From the NCBI RefSeq assembly GCF_004010195.1, contig NC_057720.1, positions 20,773,839 to 20,821,323 on the forward strand: a stretch of DNA of 47,485 nt, read 5' to 3'. Source of the stretch: Chiloscyllium plagiosum. Taxonomy: Eukaryota. A program made the translations under genes and the position numbers. The notes under the pieces are model-generated. The model saw only the letters and a program-made list of their open reading frames with translations, ran no database searches and was not told where the DNA came from. Shown here piece by piece: positions 23,427 to 34,734 of this stretch. Within the stretch, counting starts at the first letter, position 1, and the number at the start of each line of letters is the position of its first letter.

Positions 23427-23700
23427 GGGACAGCATGGTGGCTCAGTGGTTAGCACTGCTGCCTCACAACCTCGAACGACTGTCTGTGTGGAGTTTGCAT
23501 GTTCTCCCTGTGTCTGCATGGGTTTCTTCCAGGTACTCCAGTTTCCTCCCATAATCGAAAAATGTGTAGATTAGGTAGATTAGCCATGGGAAATGCAAGG
23601 GTACAAGGATGGGGTGGGGTCTGGGTGGGATGCTCTTCGGGGGGTCAGTATGGAGGTGATGGGCCAAATGGCCTGCTTCCCCACAGTATGGATTCTATGA
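23427..23700 (+). mobile_element. V-SINE (HE1-like), internally deleted
   Basis: A box TGGCTCAGTGG, V-domain and tail gggccaaatggcctgcttcc. The B-box region is missing. Confidence 0.85.
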
Positions 23701-25236
23701 TATATTCTTTATGCTGGTGAATTGCAAACGGATTCTAATCTAGGAGGTTCATATATCTTGTTGCAAATTAATATAGATGAAAAAAAATGATTGAGTATTG
23801 ATTATCTCACTTAGTGAAGAAGAAAACCAAAGTTTGAATACACAAAGTAAAAATACGAAGTATGCCTATGAAGTTTAGAGTATGATACAGGGCAAAATAT
23901 TCTAATAGCTGAACTTCACAAAGTATTCTGTTTTTATGCTATCCAAGTAATTAGTGTAATTAAAAAGTAATTCAAATATTTAAAGTTAATACGTTACTTA
24001 AAAGAAAACTTACATGAGGCATTTTTGGGGTTTCTTCCAAGAGCTCAGTAAATATCATTAAGATCTCAGAATTGATGCAATTGTTAAAGTAATTTGTTAT
24101 CAGGTCTTCCTCAGAGATATTTCAAACCTACACCAGTGTCTTTCCTAATCCTTAATATTATTCTTTTACCTTAGTCTGGAATATAGCTGTATCAAAGTCA
24201 ATAATTCTTTTTGGCCAGCTGTATTTAATCACTGTGAAAATGCATAGCTTCAGTAACTTCGGAATTTATGTAGGTATTTTGCAATGCTGCCAACATTAAC
24301 ACACTGTTTCAACAGCAGGCAGTCTTCAGGAATACTGTTGCTGGCTATTTCATTATCATGCATCGAGACACTGTGCACTGTAGTCTTGTTAATAAGAATG
24401 TCTCATTGCTTGGAAAACAAAAAAAAAACCCAGGCTGAAAATTAGTGATAAAGGAAACTTCATAGTCCATAAGTACAGGAGTGTGCTACAGTACTATTTC
24501 ATTGACAAAGTACAAAAGCTGTGAAAATTAGATTTGAACATTAATCTTATACATATGGTGTATATGTTGGCAATTACACGAACAGCTTGTATTTCCAGTG
24601 GTTCCTGATACTATAATAAAGAATGGCTGAAATGTATGCTTGACCTGCTCTACTTAGTTTGAATTTTATATGGCACTTTGGGCCCGCTTGTAAGCTTTTG
24701 CAGAACTATCTGACATCCAGAAGTTCTGTGTTATTTGCAATGATATGAATTCCTTTGATTATTGTCTTGTGTTGTAGATAGATCTAGGTCAATTCTCAGG
24801 CAGTCCTAAATACTATCCCATTAGAGTTGCATTGAGGCAGTCCAAATATTTAATTGCACAACTTCAGCCTAAAAAGATTAAGTTGAATTTGAACTGGAGG
24901 CCACAATTTATAAATTAAGATTTATATAGTTAAATATATAAAGCAGTCTTTATTTCCAAAATACCAATATTAATAATCCCACTAATATTGGGATTATCTG
25001 GAACATAATACTATATATGGTCTTTAAAGTACTTAGGTGTGATTTAAATACAAGTTCATTCCTGTTTTTTAATTAGCCTTTGTCCATTAACAGAGTAAAA
25101 TACTGCACAAATGGCTTTAGTGCAGCAAATAGCCTGAATTGCTTTCCTACATCACTGGTAGAGACAAATTCCACCATCTCCTTCAAAGGGAGAAAAGACA
25201 AATACAGTAGTTGAATCAGGTAAGATAATAGGATTA

Positions 25237-25365
25237 CACAAAAGTAGAAAATGCTGGAGAAACTCAACAGGCCCAGCAGCACCTATGGAGAGAGAAACAA
25301 AGTTAACATTTTGAGTCTGATAAATCTCTTCTTTGGTGTTCCAGCAATTTCTATTTTTATTTTGG
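25237..25365 (-). mobile_element. Short degenerate repeat terminus, probably PLE, with inverted ends
   Basis: aaaagtagaaaatgctgga pairs with tccagcaatttctattttt. Related to the 26857 terminus. Confidence 0.5.
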
Positions 25366-26856
25366 ATCACCAGTAACTGCAGTGCCGTAGTTTCATTTAA
25401 ATTACAGGATTATGTGATTAATTCTGATTTGCTGTATCAAAATCAGTACATGATGGGCCAAATGGCTTCTATGGGTAAATACAATTTTATAACTCCAGTG
25501 GAGTCTCTTACGACTGAAGTTCTTGAAGTGAAAGATTTAAAGAGTTTTGGAAATGGGAATATCTCCACTAGTGCAGTTTCTGCTTCTCTACAGAAGAGTT
25601 TTTCATATGTTAAGCTAGATCAACTTAGATAAAATAATTATAAAGCATTTAATAGTTTAAAAAGTAGATAGTTTTTCTTCTTATAAATCACCGCCATTGG
25701 AATGTATTACATTCCAAGAACCACCTACTTCAAGAGATATTCAGGAGAAGGAGAAAGGTCAAAGGATTCTGATGTGAAGATCCTCCTTCAGAGAAAGAAT
25801 GGCCACAATGAGTAACAGTTGCTGACCTTCGGATTGCATGATTCCCACACAGACACTTTATATGTAGGCTCCAAAGCAGCTTCACTCAGGAAAAAGGCTG
25901 TAACAAATGAATGTTGGTCACAAGACTAGGAATTTACAGATTGCAAGAATATTACAGCAAATTTGTTTATAACCAAGCAAGATATGTGATCACTCCCTTC
26001 TACCCTTAATAGGTTTTCTCCTCAACTATCCATCCTATTCAGTTTCAATATTATTGTTATTCTAACCCTTGATTCCCTCTGAGCAGTCCAGTCCTGACAT
26101 TCATCGCCCACTGAATTGAAATTCAGCATAAAGAAACTATTCATAAAGAGTTTAAACATTTCTAAGATTGTAACCCTTGAAATTTCCTGAAAAACAAGAT
26201 TAAGACATTGTGTTGAGGCATAATATTCTAGGTAGTCTATAACTTTTTTTTTAAACAGAGCTTCAGTCATTTTTTCCAGGATGAATCTTGGACACAGCAT
26301 AATTGTCAATAAAACCAACAAGAAGGCAAGAGAACATTTTCCACACAATGAGTGCTTATGATCGAGAATGCATTGCCTGGTAGAGTAATGGAAGCAAATT
26401 CAATAGAAAATTTCAGAAGTGAACTTGATATGGACTTGAAAAGGAAAATGTGCAAGGTTACAAGAAAGTAGGACTAATTGAATTGCTATATCAAAGAACT
26501 ACTGTGGATACAATATGCTGAATATTTCAGAGTTGTTTAATTCTATGCTAAACAATTATGCATTTATATTCACTGGTCTTTCTATTTTCTTTAGATTAGA
26601 TAATATTCAAAACATTTTTACTGATTTTTCTGGATTTACCAGTGTCCAATTTGTTCCTTAACGATGTTCTAACTATTTTAAAATAAAACAATGATCTGAA
26701 AATAAGAATCCAAATTGGAAATTGGTATGACTATTTAGCTTAATAATCCTAGATACATCATAGAACATTACCCTCAACAAAAGCAAAACATTATTTAATT
26801 TTAAAAAGCACCCAAAAACTATATAAGCAAGCTGCGTGATAGGCGACTATCTTTTG

Positions 26857-27305
26857 GAACAAAAACAGAAGTTGCTGACAAAGCTCAGTAGGGCTGACAG
26901 CATCTGTGGGAAGAAAGCAGAGTTAACATTCAGAGTCTGGTACATCTTCATTAGAACTGAAAGCAGCTCGGAAAATGTGGTATTTACATGAGATTGCAGG
27001 GTACGGGGTGGTGAGCGGATAGATGGAGCCAGAGAGAGACAGAGGGATAGGAAAGGGGTGGGTAAATAAGGGGACTATTGGTACTCGGCCAGACAGAAAG
27101 AAGCTGAATAAATGATAATGAAAACTGAAAAAAGCAACTCAGGTCATGACAGGAACAGGGTGTAAGAATGGGTGGAAAAACATGGAAGGTTGGAAACAGG
27201 CTCTAAAGTTATGGAACTTGATACTGAATCCTCGAGGCTGCAGGGTTTCCAAGTGGAAAATAAGATGTTGTTCTTTAATCTTGCGCTAAGGATCACTAGA
27301 ACACT
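26857..27305 (-). mobile_element. Degenerate PLE 3' fragment
   Basis: Minus strand EQHLIFHLETLQPRGFSIKF resembles EEQHIFCLGSLQP of the 35995 element. Terminus aaaacagaagttgctg..gagttaac. Confidence 0.7.
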
Positions 27306-27410
27306 GGGTAAAAACGAGGACTGCAGATGCTGGAAACCAGAGTCTGGGTTAGAGTGGTGCTAGAAAAGCACAGCAGGTCAGGCAGCATCCAAGGAGCAGG
27401 AAAATCAGGA
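27306..27410 (-). mobile_element. PLE terminus fragment (13257/29739 family)
   Basis: gaggactgcagatgctggaaaccagagtct..aaagcacagcaggtcaggcagcatcc.aggagcagg. Confidence 0.8.
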
Positions 27411-27579
27411 ATAGCTTTTGAGGATCCTGAAGGAGAACCGTTGCTGGTGTTTTTGAATCTGTAGTCTGTACTGTTTGCCCTGTTCGGTTCCAAACGCGGC
27501 TGGTTTAAAAGTAGTCCGGACACTGCAACAGACGAGTCGACTATGGTTGCAGGGAATTGTAGGTTGTGAGGAAGATATA

Positions 27580-28161
27580 TAGATATTAGGAGAAAGGTAT
27601 AGAGGGGACGTCAGAGGAAGGTTATTTACGCAGAGATTTGTGAATGCATGGAATATGTTGCCAGCAGTGGTGATGGAAGCAGACTCATTAGGGACATTTA
27701 AGCGACTGCTGGACATTCGCATGGATAGCAGTGAGTTATTAGATTAGATTCCCCACAGTGTGGAAACAGGGTCTTCAGCCCAACAAGTCCACACCAACCC
27801 TTCGAAAAGTAACCCACCCAGACCCATTTCCCTCTGACTAATGCACCTAACACTATGAGCAATTTAGTATGGCCAATTCACCTGACCTGCACATCTTTGG
27901 ACTGTGGGAGGAAACTGGAGCACTCGGAGGAAACACACGCAGACAAGGGGAGAATGTACAAACTCCAAACAGACAGTCGCCCGAGGCTGGAATCGAACCT
28001 AGAACCCTGGTGCTGTGAGGCAGCAGTGCTAACTACTGAGCCACCGTGCCCCCCACCCCAAGGGGTGCTTAGCTTAAGTTACTTTATTTTACATTCGGAT
28101 TAACCCTCAGCACAACATCGTGGGCCAAGGGGCCTGTTCTGTGCTGTACTTTTCTATATTT
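27580..28161 (+). mobile_element. CR1 3' fragment interrupted by a SINE
   Basis: RYRGDVRGRLFTQRFVNAWNMLP before the SINE, and 3' UTR cacaacatcgtgggccaaggggcctgttctgtgctgtac after it. Confidence 0.8.
27738..28052 (-). mobile_element. V-SINE (HE1-like)
   Basis: Reverse-complement A box, B box (ggaatcgaacc on +), V-domain and (attag)n tail. Confidence 0.92.
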
Positions 28162-28164
28162 AAA

Positions 28165-28680
28165 AAGGTGGATATATCGGCGTCCCTCCCCCGCAGAAGG
28201 TGACATCATCAGGGCAGATGTGACTGAGACAAAGTAACTGTGAGAATGGGATGGAGTCCTTACAGGAAGCACTTGTATTGGATATCAGTGATCAGTCTTT
28301 CCCCCAGAAATGGAAACACAGATGTTGAAGAAAGGAGGAGTCAGAGGTGGACCAGGTGAAAGTGGGGGCGGAGTGAAACTTGGAAGTGAAATTGATAAAT
28401 TTGTCCAATTCCAGACAAGAGAGGGAAGCTCCAATGATGTCATTAATGTAGTGAACAAAGAATTGTGGGGAGGGGCCCAATTAGGACTGGAACAAAGAAT
28501 GTTCCACATGCCCCACAAAGAGACAGGCATAAATGGGACCCATGCAGCACCATTGGCTTTGATTTGAAGAAAGTGAGAGGAGTTAAAGGAAAAGTTGCTC
28601 AGAGTGAGGATGAGTTCAGCCAGGTGGAGGTGGTTGGTGGTGGATGGAGCGTGGTTCAGGCCATTGTTCCAGGAAGAAGT
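28165..28680 (-). mobile_element. Penelope-like RT fragment, frameshifted
   Basis: LHLAELILTLSNFSFNSSHFLQIK and HYINDIIGA (YIDD-like). Homologous to 36000-36500. Confidence 0.85.
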
Positions 28681-29738
28681 GGATAGTCCCAAGATCACCC
28701 TGATGGGGAATGGGTGTGTCCAGGAACTGCACATCCATTGTAAAGAGGAGGCAGCTGCTGTCCATGAACATTTTATTTTGGAAATAAAAATGACATTTAG
28801 TCAGTGCTGCCAATGCAAAATTTGTGTATGGGCTTGAGAAGGCAAACGGATGCTACTTCACGGAACACTGCTTTGTAGGCATGACAGAGTACAAGATGTC
28901 ATATTTTCCAATCAGCAAAGTTCTCACGATTACCTAATGCGTTCATATTTCAGTACCCTCTGCTATTTTTAAGTAGGCGTTGATGTATTCAATAGAATCT
29001 CACAGCCAAGTGTTGCACTTTTACAGAAATTTTGCTGATCAGAGAATTTGTTCTGAAACATTAATACAAACTACATAATTATTTTCAACAGAATTAACTT
29101 TTCAACAGGTGCTCCCTTGCAGTTTTTCCCTTCTTCACTCTGGTCAGTCATACAATTTTTAAGGTATAAATTCCAATCATTCACCATGGAATCACAAACA
29201 ATTTATTGAAGGCATTATTACTGTTGCAACTTCACAATGGAGCTATTATTTCAACATCAATCAAATGCTTTTTCTCCATCTTTCTCAATATTTCTTCTTC
29301 TCATTATCTGTTTTTTTTCTTCATGGCCCACTGTGGTTTCACCTTGCCTTCAAAGTAAGCTTTTCCACCTGGCATAGTGGGAAGATTTATAACCTCATAC
29401 TCAATGTTTATGCAATGTTACAAATGGATCCTCTCTTGCTAAGACGTCCTGGTGTGCGACTCAAGTCCAGATTTTCAGATGCCACCATTGTGACACAAGA
29501 TTTAATAACTCAGGAAGCCCACCTCGGAAGGAACATTATTTATTGTTGAACACCAAAATAGAGCTGCTACTCATGGCACACTCAAACTGGTCTCAGCCCA
29601 GGACAGACAGATCTGCAGGCACATCCTGGACTCTGCTTTATAGTCGTTTTTTAAAATCTGTATTTCTAATCATCCAGTTGAGGCTTTGTTAACACCTCTG
29701 AAGTACGTGGGACTTGAACCTGGGCCTCCTGGTCCAGG

Positions 29739-29925
29739 AGAAAGTGAGGAGTGCAGATGCTGGAGATCAGAGCTGAAAATGTGTTGCTGGAAAAGCACAG
29801 CAGGTCAGGGAGCATCCAAGGAGCAGGAGAATCGACGTTTCGGGCATGAGCCTGAAGGCGGCTGAAGAAGAAGGACTCATGCCCGAAACGTCGATTCTCC
29901 TGCTGCTTGGATGCTGCCTGACCTG
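29739..29925. mobile_element. Fold-back PLE terminus (two inverted copies); 13-bp TSD
   Basis: TSD ctcctggtccagg at 29726-29738 and 29926-29938. gagcaggagaatcgacgtttcgggcatgag is the reverse complement of ctcatgcccgaaacgtcgattctcctgct. Confidence 0.88.
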
Positions 29926-32031
29926 CTCCTGGTCCAGGGATAGGGACATGCCGACTGAGTTACAAATGGGCCCCTAAAGGATCTAGGTGATCAGTTCGAG
30001 TTGGATAGGCGATTTCCTGTTACAAGGGAACTCATAATAAACAAGCTTGACAGGTAGATTAATTCGTGATTCCCATAAGCCTTATAGGTGTTATCACATC
30101 CCTTCCTTTCAAAGTCCAAGAAGCTCCCCCTCGCTCTGTAATGATGGGGGCCTCCTGTGTTAGCTAGTACATGGACCCATTCTTGGCGCTTTCCAAATCT
30201 GGTTAATGGGCATATAATAAATAGGCAAATGTCTCTTCAGTGAAGACTGAAGAGTCACTGCAGGGGGTTTGTCCTTGGTGGCGTGTGTATCGAAACAATT
30301 GCTTCTGTGGAGGGTAGATTGCAGATGCAATGGGCATAAATCAGGATTCATGAGACAAATTGCTTTTGCAATGTTCCAGCTCAAAGGACCCATCCTTATA
30401 TTCTCATCCGAGGTAAAATCAATTCAGAATGCAAATAAATGCAATGTATATTTTACAGAAAGTAAACATGACACATTGAGGTCAGGGTAGGAATCTACAC
30501 ATCAATTAATTTAAAAAACCATTACTGTAACTAGACAGCAATATAAAAGAGACTGGCCTGCATTGGAATTATTGTTGCATTTCTACACATTGACATTTTG
30601 GTATTTGACTTGCTGCCAAGTCTTAGACAAATTTCTTAACCAAGAGAACTGTAGTATGTTGGTTAGTCTAGCTTTGGAATAAATGAGTTGTTGGTATATT
30701 CAAGCAACAACTAGTTTATTATAAATTGTAGGAACTGTATACAGTTCACATGAATAGGTTTTACACTGTTGAAACCTGAGCATTCTTCCTCTAAGTCTTC
30801 CATTCATCAGTTCTCTTACATCATCCTTATAACAGGTACTATTTACACAGTTCCAAGTATTAACTCTCAAATTTTAATGCTACGGAATCTGAATTAACTT
30901 TAGCACTAGACTTTGTTTTATATTTCATATTTTTAAAGAAAGAACAATTCTCTCCTTGAAGTGGCTTCCTATTCTTTCTCCCAGATTACTAAGCTGCAGT
31001 CTGAATCAGAGACAATCAAATATTCGATCACCCAGGACTGATTCCTTGCTTTCCTGACTACATTTGAAAAGTAGTTCATTGGTGACAAAGCATACTATAT
31101 TAACAGAATCCTTTCACTCTTTTGACACCAGAACTTCAATTATTTGCCATTACAGGGACTTGTCCCCACATTGTCAAACTAGTGTTCAATAATTGGGAAT
31201 TAACCTATTGTCTTTTAACAGGTGCAGTGGCAGAAATGAGGATCAAAAGCACGAGTAGATGACAATTATAAAGCTCAGGAGGAAACAAAGGAGTAGGAAA
31301 GAAGGAAGGAAATACAGGAATGGCCAGAATCCATAAAAGGAAACTAATGAAGATTAAGAAATAATGGCAGAGTAAACAATTCTAAATATCATTATAATAC
31401 TTCAAATAAAATTGATGTATGTATGCCAACATTTCTACTACTGTTGATTTTAATTTTAGAATTTGGAAAACATTGTAGGAAGAAAGACTACAATCATGAA
31501 AAGTGGCTCACATGAACACTTGACAACTTAAGAAGTAAAAAATGTTCTTCAAATAAGGTGAGTTCAAATGAATTCTGGCTGGGAATCAATAGCACTGCTA
31601 CACTAACCTTTGATGTGCAAAATATTTGTAGGGATGAAGTATAATGTAAAGTAAATACACTTATTTTTAGTGTACAGTACCATTCAAGAACAGAGCTAAG
31701 CATAAGAAAGGAGTAATCAATTAAATTGGGGGCTAATGGCTTTCTCCTATTGTTAAAAGTTAGTTAACTGGCAAAATAGTGAAACAAAATGAGTCCAAAT
31801 ATGTGAGGCAGCCAACAGTTATAATAACCTTAAGATTGTTTATATAGGATTTGATTCCCTCATACTGTACATGGCTAATACTTCATTCTCTGACCTAGCA
31901 GCAGTCCCAAGATCTCAAATTTATATTCAGTAGATTATCCCCAACACCATAAGCTTATCTAGAACTTTTCCTTTCAGTATACATGCTCCCTTACAGAGAT
32001 TAAACCCAATAAACAATATCTGGAATGTATA

Positions 32032-32037
32032 TTTATT
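32032..32037 (-). terminator. Candidate ALG14 polyadenylation signal AATAAA
   Basis: tttatt on + at 32032-32037, about 77 nt 3' of the ALG14 stop codon. Usage is not demonstrated. Confidence 0.55.
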
Positions 32038-32113
32038 CTGCATCACTGCTGCTTCCTGACATCTGGGCACAAATGCTCTCCACACAATCTTTGTTTCAGC
32101 CCCCACGGGATGT

Positions 32114-32344
32114 TCAAACTAGTCGTCCAAGGTAGATTGCTTTGGGATATTTCTTCTGTAGCACTGACCACTGAACAAAAAAGTAATCTGACAAATTGTA
32201 GAGTATCTTCCCTGAAAGAGATAAGGTTTCAACTCGGCAGATGCTCTCTACGTAGATAATCAACACTTTCTTCATTCCAAGGATTCCGAGCAGCAGAGCA
32301 GATACGCAAAGGGGCACACATGTTCCTGGACCATTACACAGCAC
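32114..32344 (-). CDS. ALG14: UDP-N-acetylglucosamine transferase subunit ALG14, last coding exon
   Basis: A polypyrimidine tract and TGCAG acceptor (AG at 32346-32345) precede VLCNGPGTCVPLCVSALLLGILGMKKVLIIYVESICRVETLSLSGKILYNLSDYFFVQWSVLQKKYPKAIYLGRLV and a TGA at 32116-32114. NGPGTC, YVESICRV, LSLSGKIL and VQW are ALG14 motifs. Upstream exons were not found in the window. Confidence 0.95.
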   Translation of the reverse strand: MLCNGPGTCVPLCVSALLLGILGMKKVLIIYVESICRVETLSLSGKILYNLSDYFFVQWSVLQKKYPKAIYLGRLV

Positions 32345-32959
32345 CTGCACAGGAAAAAAAAGAGAAGGAAGGTCATTTGCATGAATGACAGGTCTTTGAG
32401 AGTTTAGTGTAGCCAGTGTGCATCATTAAATCTCTGCCCTTCTCGTGTTGGTCCAGGTATGAAATATGCCTTTCAATGGTTTATCTGAAACTATGAGGGA
32501 AAGAGGGAGAGGATGTGAAAGGTGGAAAGGGAGGGGGAGGAGGAGGTGTCAAGCAAGTTGGGGGAGGGAAGGTGTCGAGCGAGGGGGTGCAGGTGACACA
32601 GTCGAGGATTTGGTGGAGAGGTGCAAGGGAGTGAGAGTTGGGAGAATCGAGAACAAGGAGTCATTGTTTAAAAATAAGATGTCACCCATTTAAAACAGAG
32701 ATGAGGAAACATTTTTTTCTCTCAGTGGGTTGAGAGCCTTTAGAGTTCCTGTCCTCAAAAAGCAGTGGATGTAGAATATTTAAACATTTCTAATGTAGAG
32801 GTACTTCGATTCTTGATGACCAAGAGGTGAAAGAATATGGGGAGTATGAACTAATGTAGAGTTGAGGTCTAAATCAAACCAGCCAGGATGTTATTTAATG
32901 GGAGGGCAGGCTCAAAGGGCTGAGTGGTCTACTGTTGTTCTGTGGGGATTCACGTGTTT

Positions 32960-33395
32960 GAGAAAGAGATAGGAGGGAGGTGTAGCGTGACTGAGAGAGT
33001 GAGCGGAAGGAACTGTGGACTGAGACAGAGAGGAGGGAGGTGTAAAGTGAGAGCAAGCAAGGAGAGAGGTATGGAGGAAGAGCTAGAGAGGAGGGTAGTG
33101 TAGAGCAAGAGCAAAGGAGGAGAGATGTAGAGTGAGAGCATGAAAGGAGGGAGGTGTAGAGCGAGATAGATAGTGAAGGGAAATCGAGAGAGGGAAAGAA
33201 AGAGGAGGGAACAGTGGAATGAAAGAGCGAGAGGATGGAGGTGTAAAGTGAGAAAAAGCAGAGCAAGAAAGAGAGGGAGGATATGTAGAGTGAGCGAAGT
33301 GTGGGTGAGAGACCGATGGAGGCAGAGAAGTAGAGGGATGGGGCATGCAAGGAGCGCCAGACAATGCAGGGGCAAGAGAGGAAAGAAAGAGAGAA
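32960..33395. repeat. Purine-rich degenerate minisatellite, about 30-bp period
   Basis: Recurring aggagggaggtgta(g/a)agtgagag near 32971, 33031, 33145, 33231 and 33271. Confidence 0.75.
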
Positions 33396-34734
33396 GCTTA
33401 AATTTTGTGCCAATATTTTAATACACAGAATTTAGCAGACAGTCATGATTGAAAAGATTAGCTTCACCATGACAATAAGCCACCCAGTTACTTGATGTCA
33501 TCCCCAGGTCTATGCCACAATATGGTGGGACTTTAAGAAGAAAAGAAATTCTGCCAGGATTTCCACTCCAGTGATCTTTGGTGGAAGTTCACAAACGTGG
33601 AGGTCTGGAATGGGCACAAACAGCTCAGCTGTGATGCCTGCTCCAACCCACCCAACCGAAAATGCTGCTGTTTAGGCTCAGACATGAAGACAGACAGGTC
33701 TGAAATTCCAGCACTTATGAAACCACAGCCAGACACAAGTTACTGGCTTTAAGAGACGAAAAAAGCGACAGAAGATCCAAAAGATTATTAAATATTAAAT
33801 TAAATTACATACTAAAATAACTTCACTAAAGCTAACAGCGTGAACATAGCAGGCAATGATCTAATTCAACTCTGCCAGCCAAGAATAAACCCCTAACTAA
33901 GGAAAACATTTTGTTACATTCCACATGCACACTGTAAATCATAAATGCTACATTGTAAAAGGCTGATTGAGTTTCATTGATGTGTTAAATGAAGTAATGG
34001 TGTGAAATTAGATATCCACAATTACTTGACATCACTCAAGATAAATAGCAGTAACAACAGCCCTCAAAATTAAAAGATTAATTATCTTTTAAATTTGAAA
34101 ACAATATAGTACTAAAAATGACTGCAATTCGTATTTCTCCTCTCAGTCCAGATTATTTGTCCCCTCTCACCAGCTAGATCTTGCTCTGTTGTCCCATAAG
34201 TGCTGTCTCTCAATTTAGAAAGCATAAATAGCACTACAAATCCCCTCCTCACTTGCCCTTCCCTCAAGCTCACATATGTCAATTACAACAATGCAAAGCC
34301 TTCCTTTGCTCACTACCCCAGCTTAACATCCTCAAATTTACTCTCTAAATCTCTTCTCCCTAATCACAGTCTCATTCTCTCCTCATTAACCAAAAGTCTC
34401 AGACCCAACTTTACCTGGCGTCTTTCTCCAATCAGTGGCCCTGCTCCAACCCCCTCACTCTGCTGGTAGCTTTCGACCTCTCTGCACCTTTACCCTTATC
34501 CAGCCTGGAGCTCATCTCTTGCCTTCTCTGCTCTCCCTTCACCTTCTAGTTTCAAAAATATCCTCCCTCAATCCTGGTCTAATTATTCTCGCTGTGCATA
34601 GCTATGTTCATCCTAAAAAGCAAAGATAGTCTCCATTCCCCCAAGTGAAAAAGGAAATTACTTGGATTTATCTTGACTGTTATGATCCCTTATGGTTGCA
34701 AGATGCTTTCCAATCAACCAAGAATCTTTTGAAA

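Noticed and set aside
29474..29550. FRCHHCDTRF, resembling the start of a C2H2 zinc finger
   Set aside because: It lacks the correctly spaced Leu and His pair, has no neighbouring fingers and no exon support.
31331..31340. Perfect CArG box CCATAAAAGG, of interest because calponins can be SRF targets
   Set aside because: A few matches are expected by chance in 47 kb, it is about 20 kb from the promoter, and nothing else supports it.
32895..33421. Overlapping 82-172 aa ORFs rich in Ser/Leu or Arg/Glu
   Set aside because: Translations of the purine-rich minisatellite.
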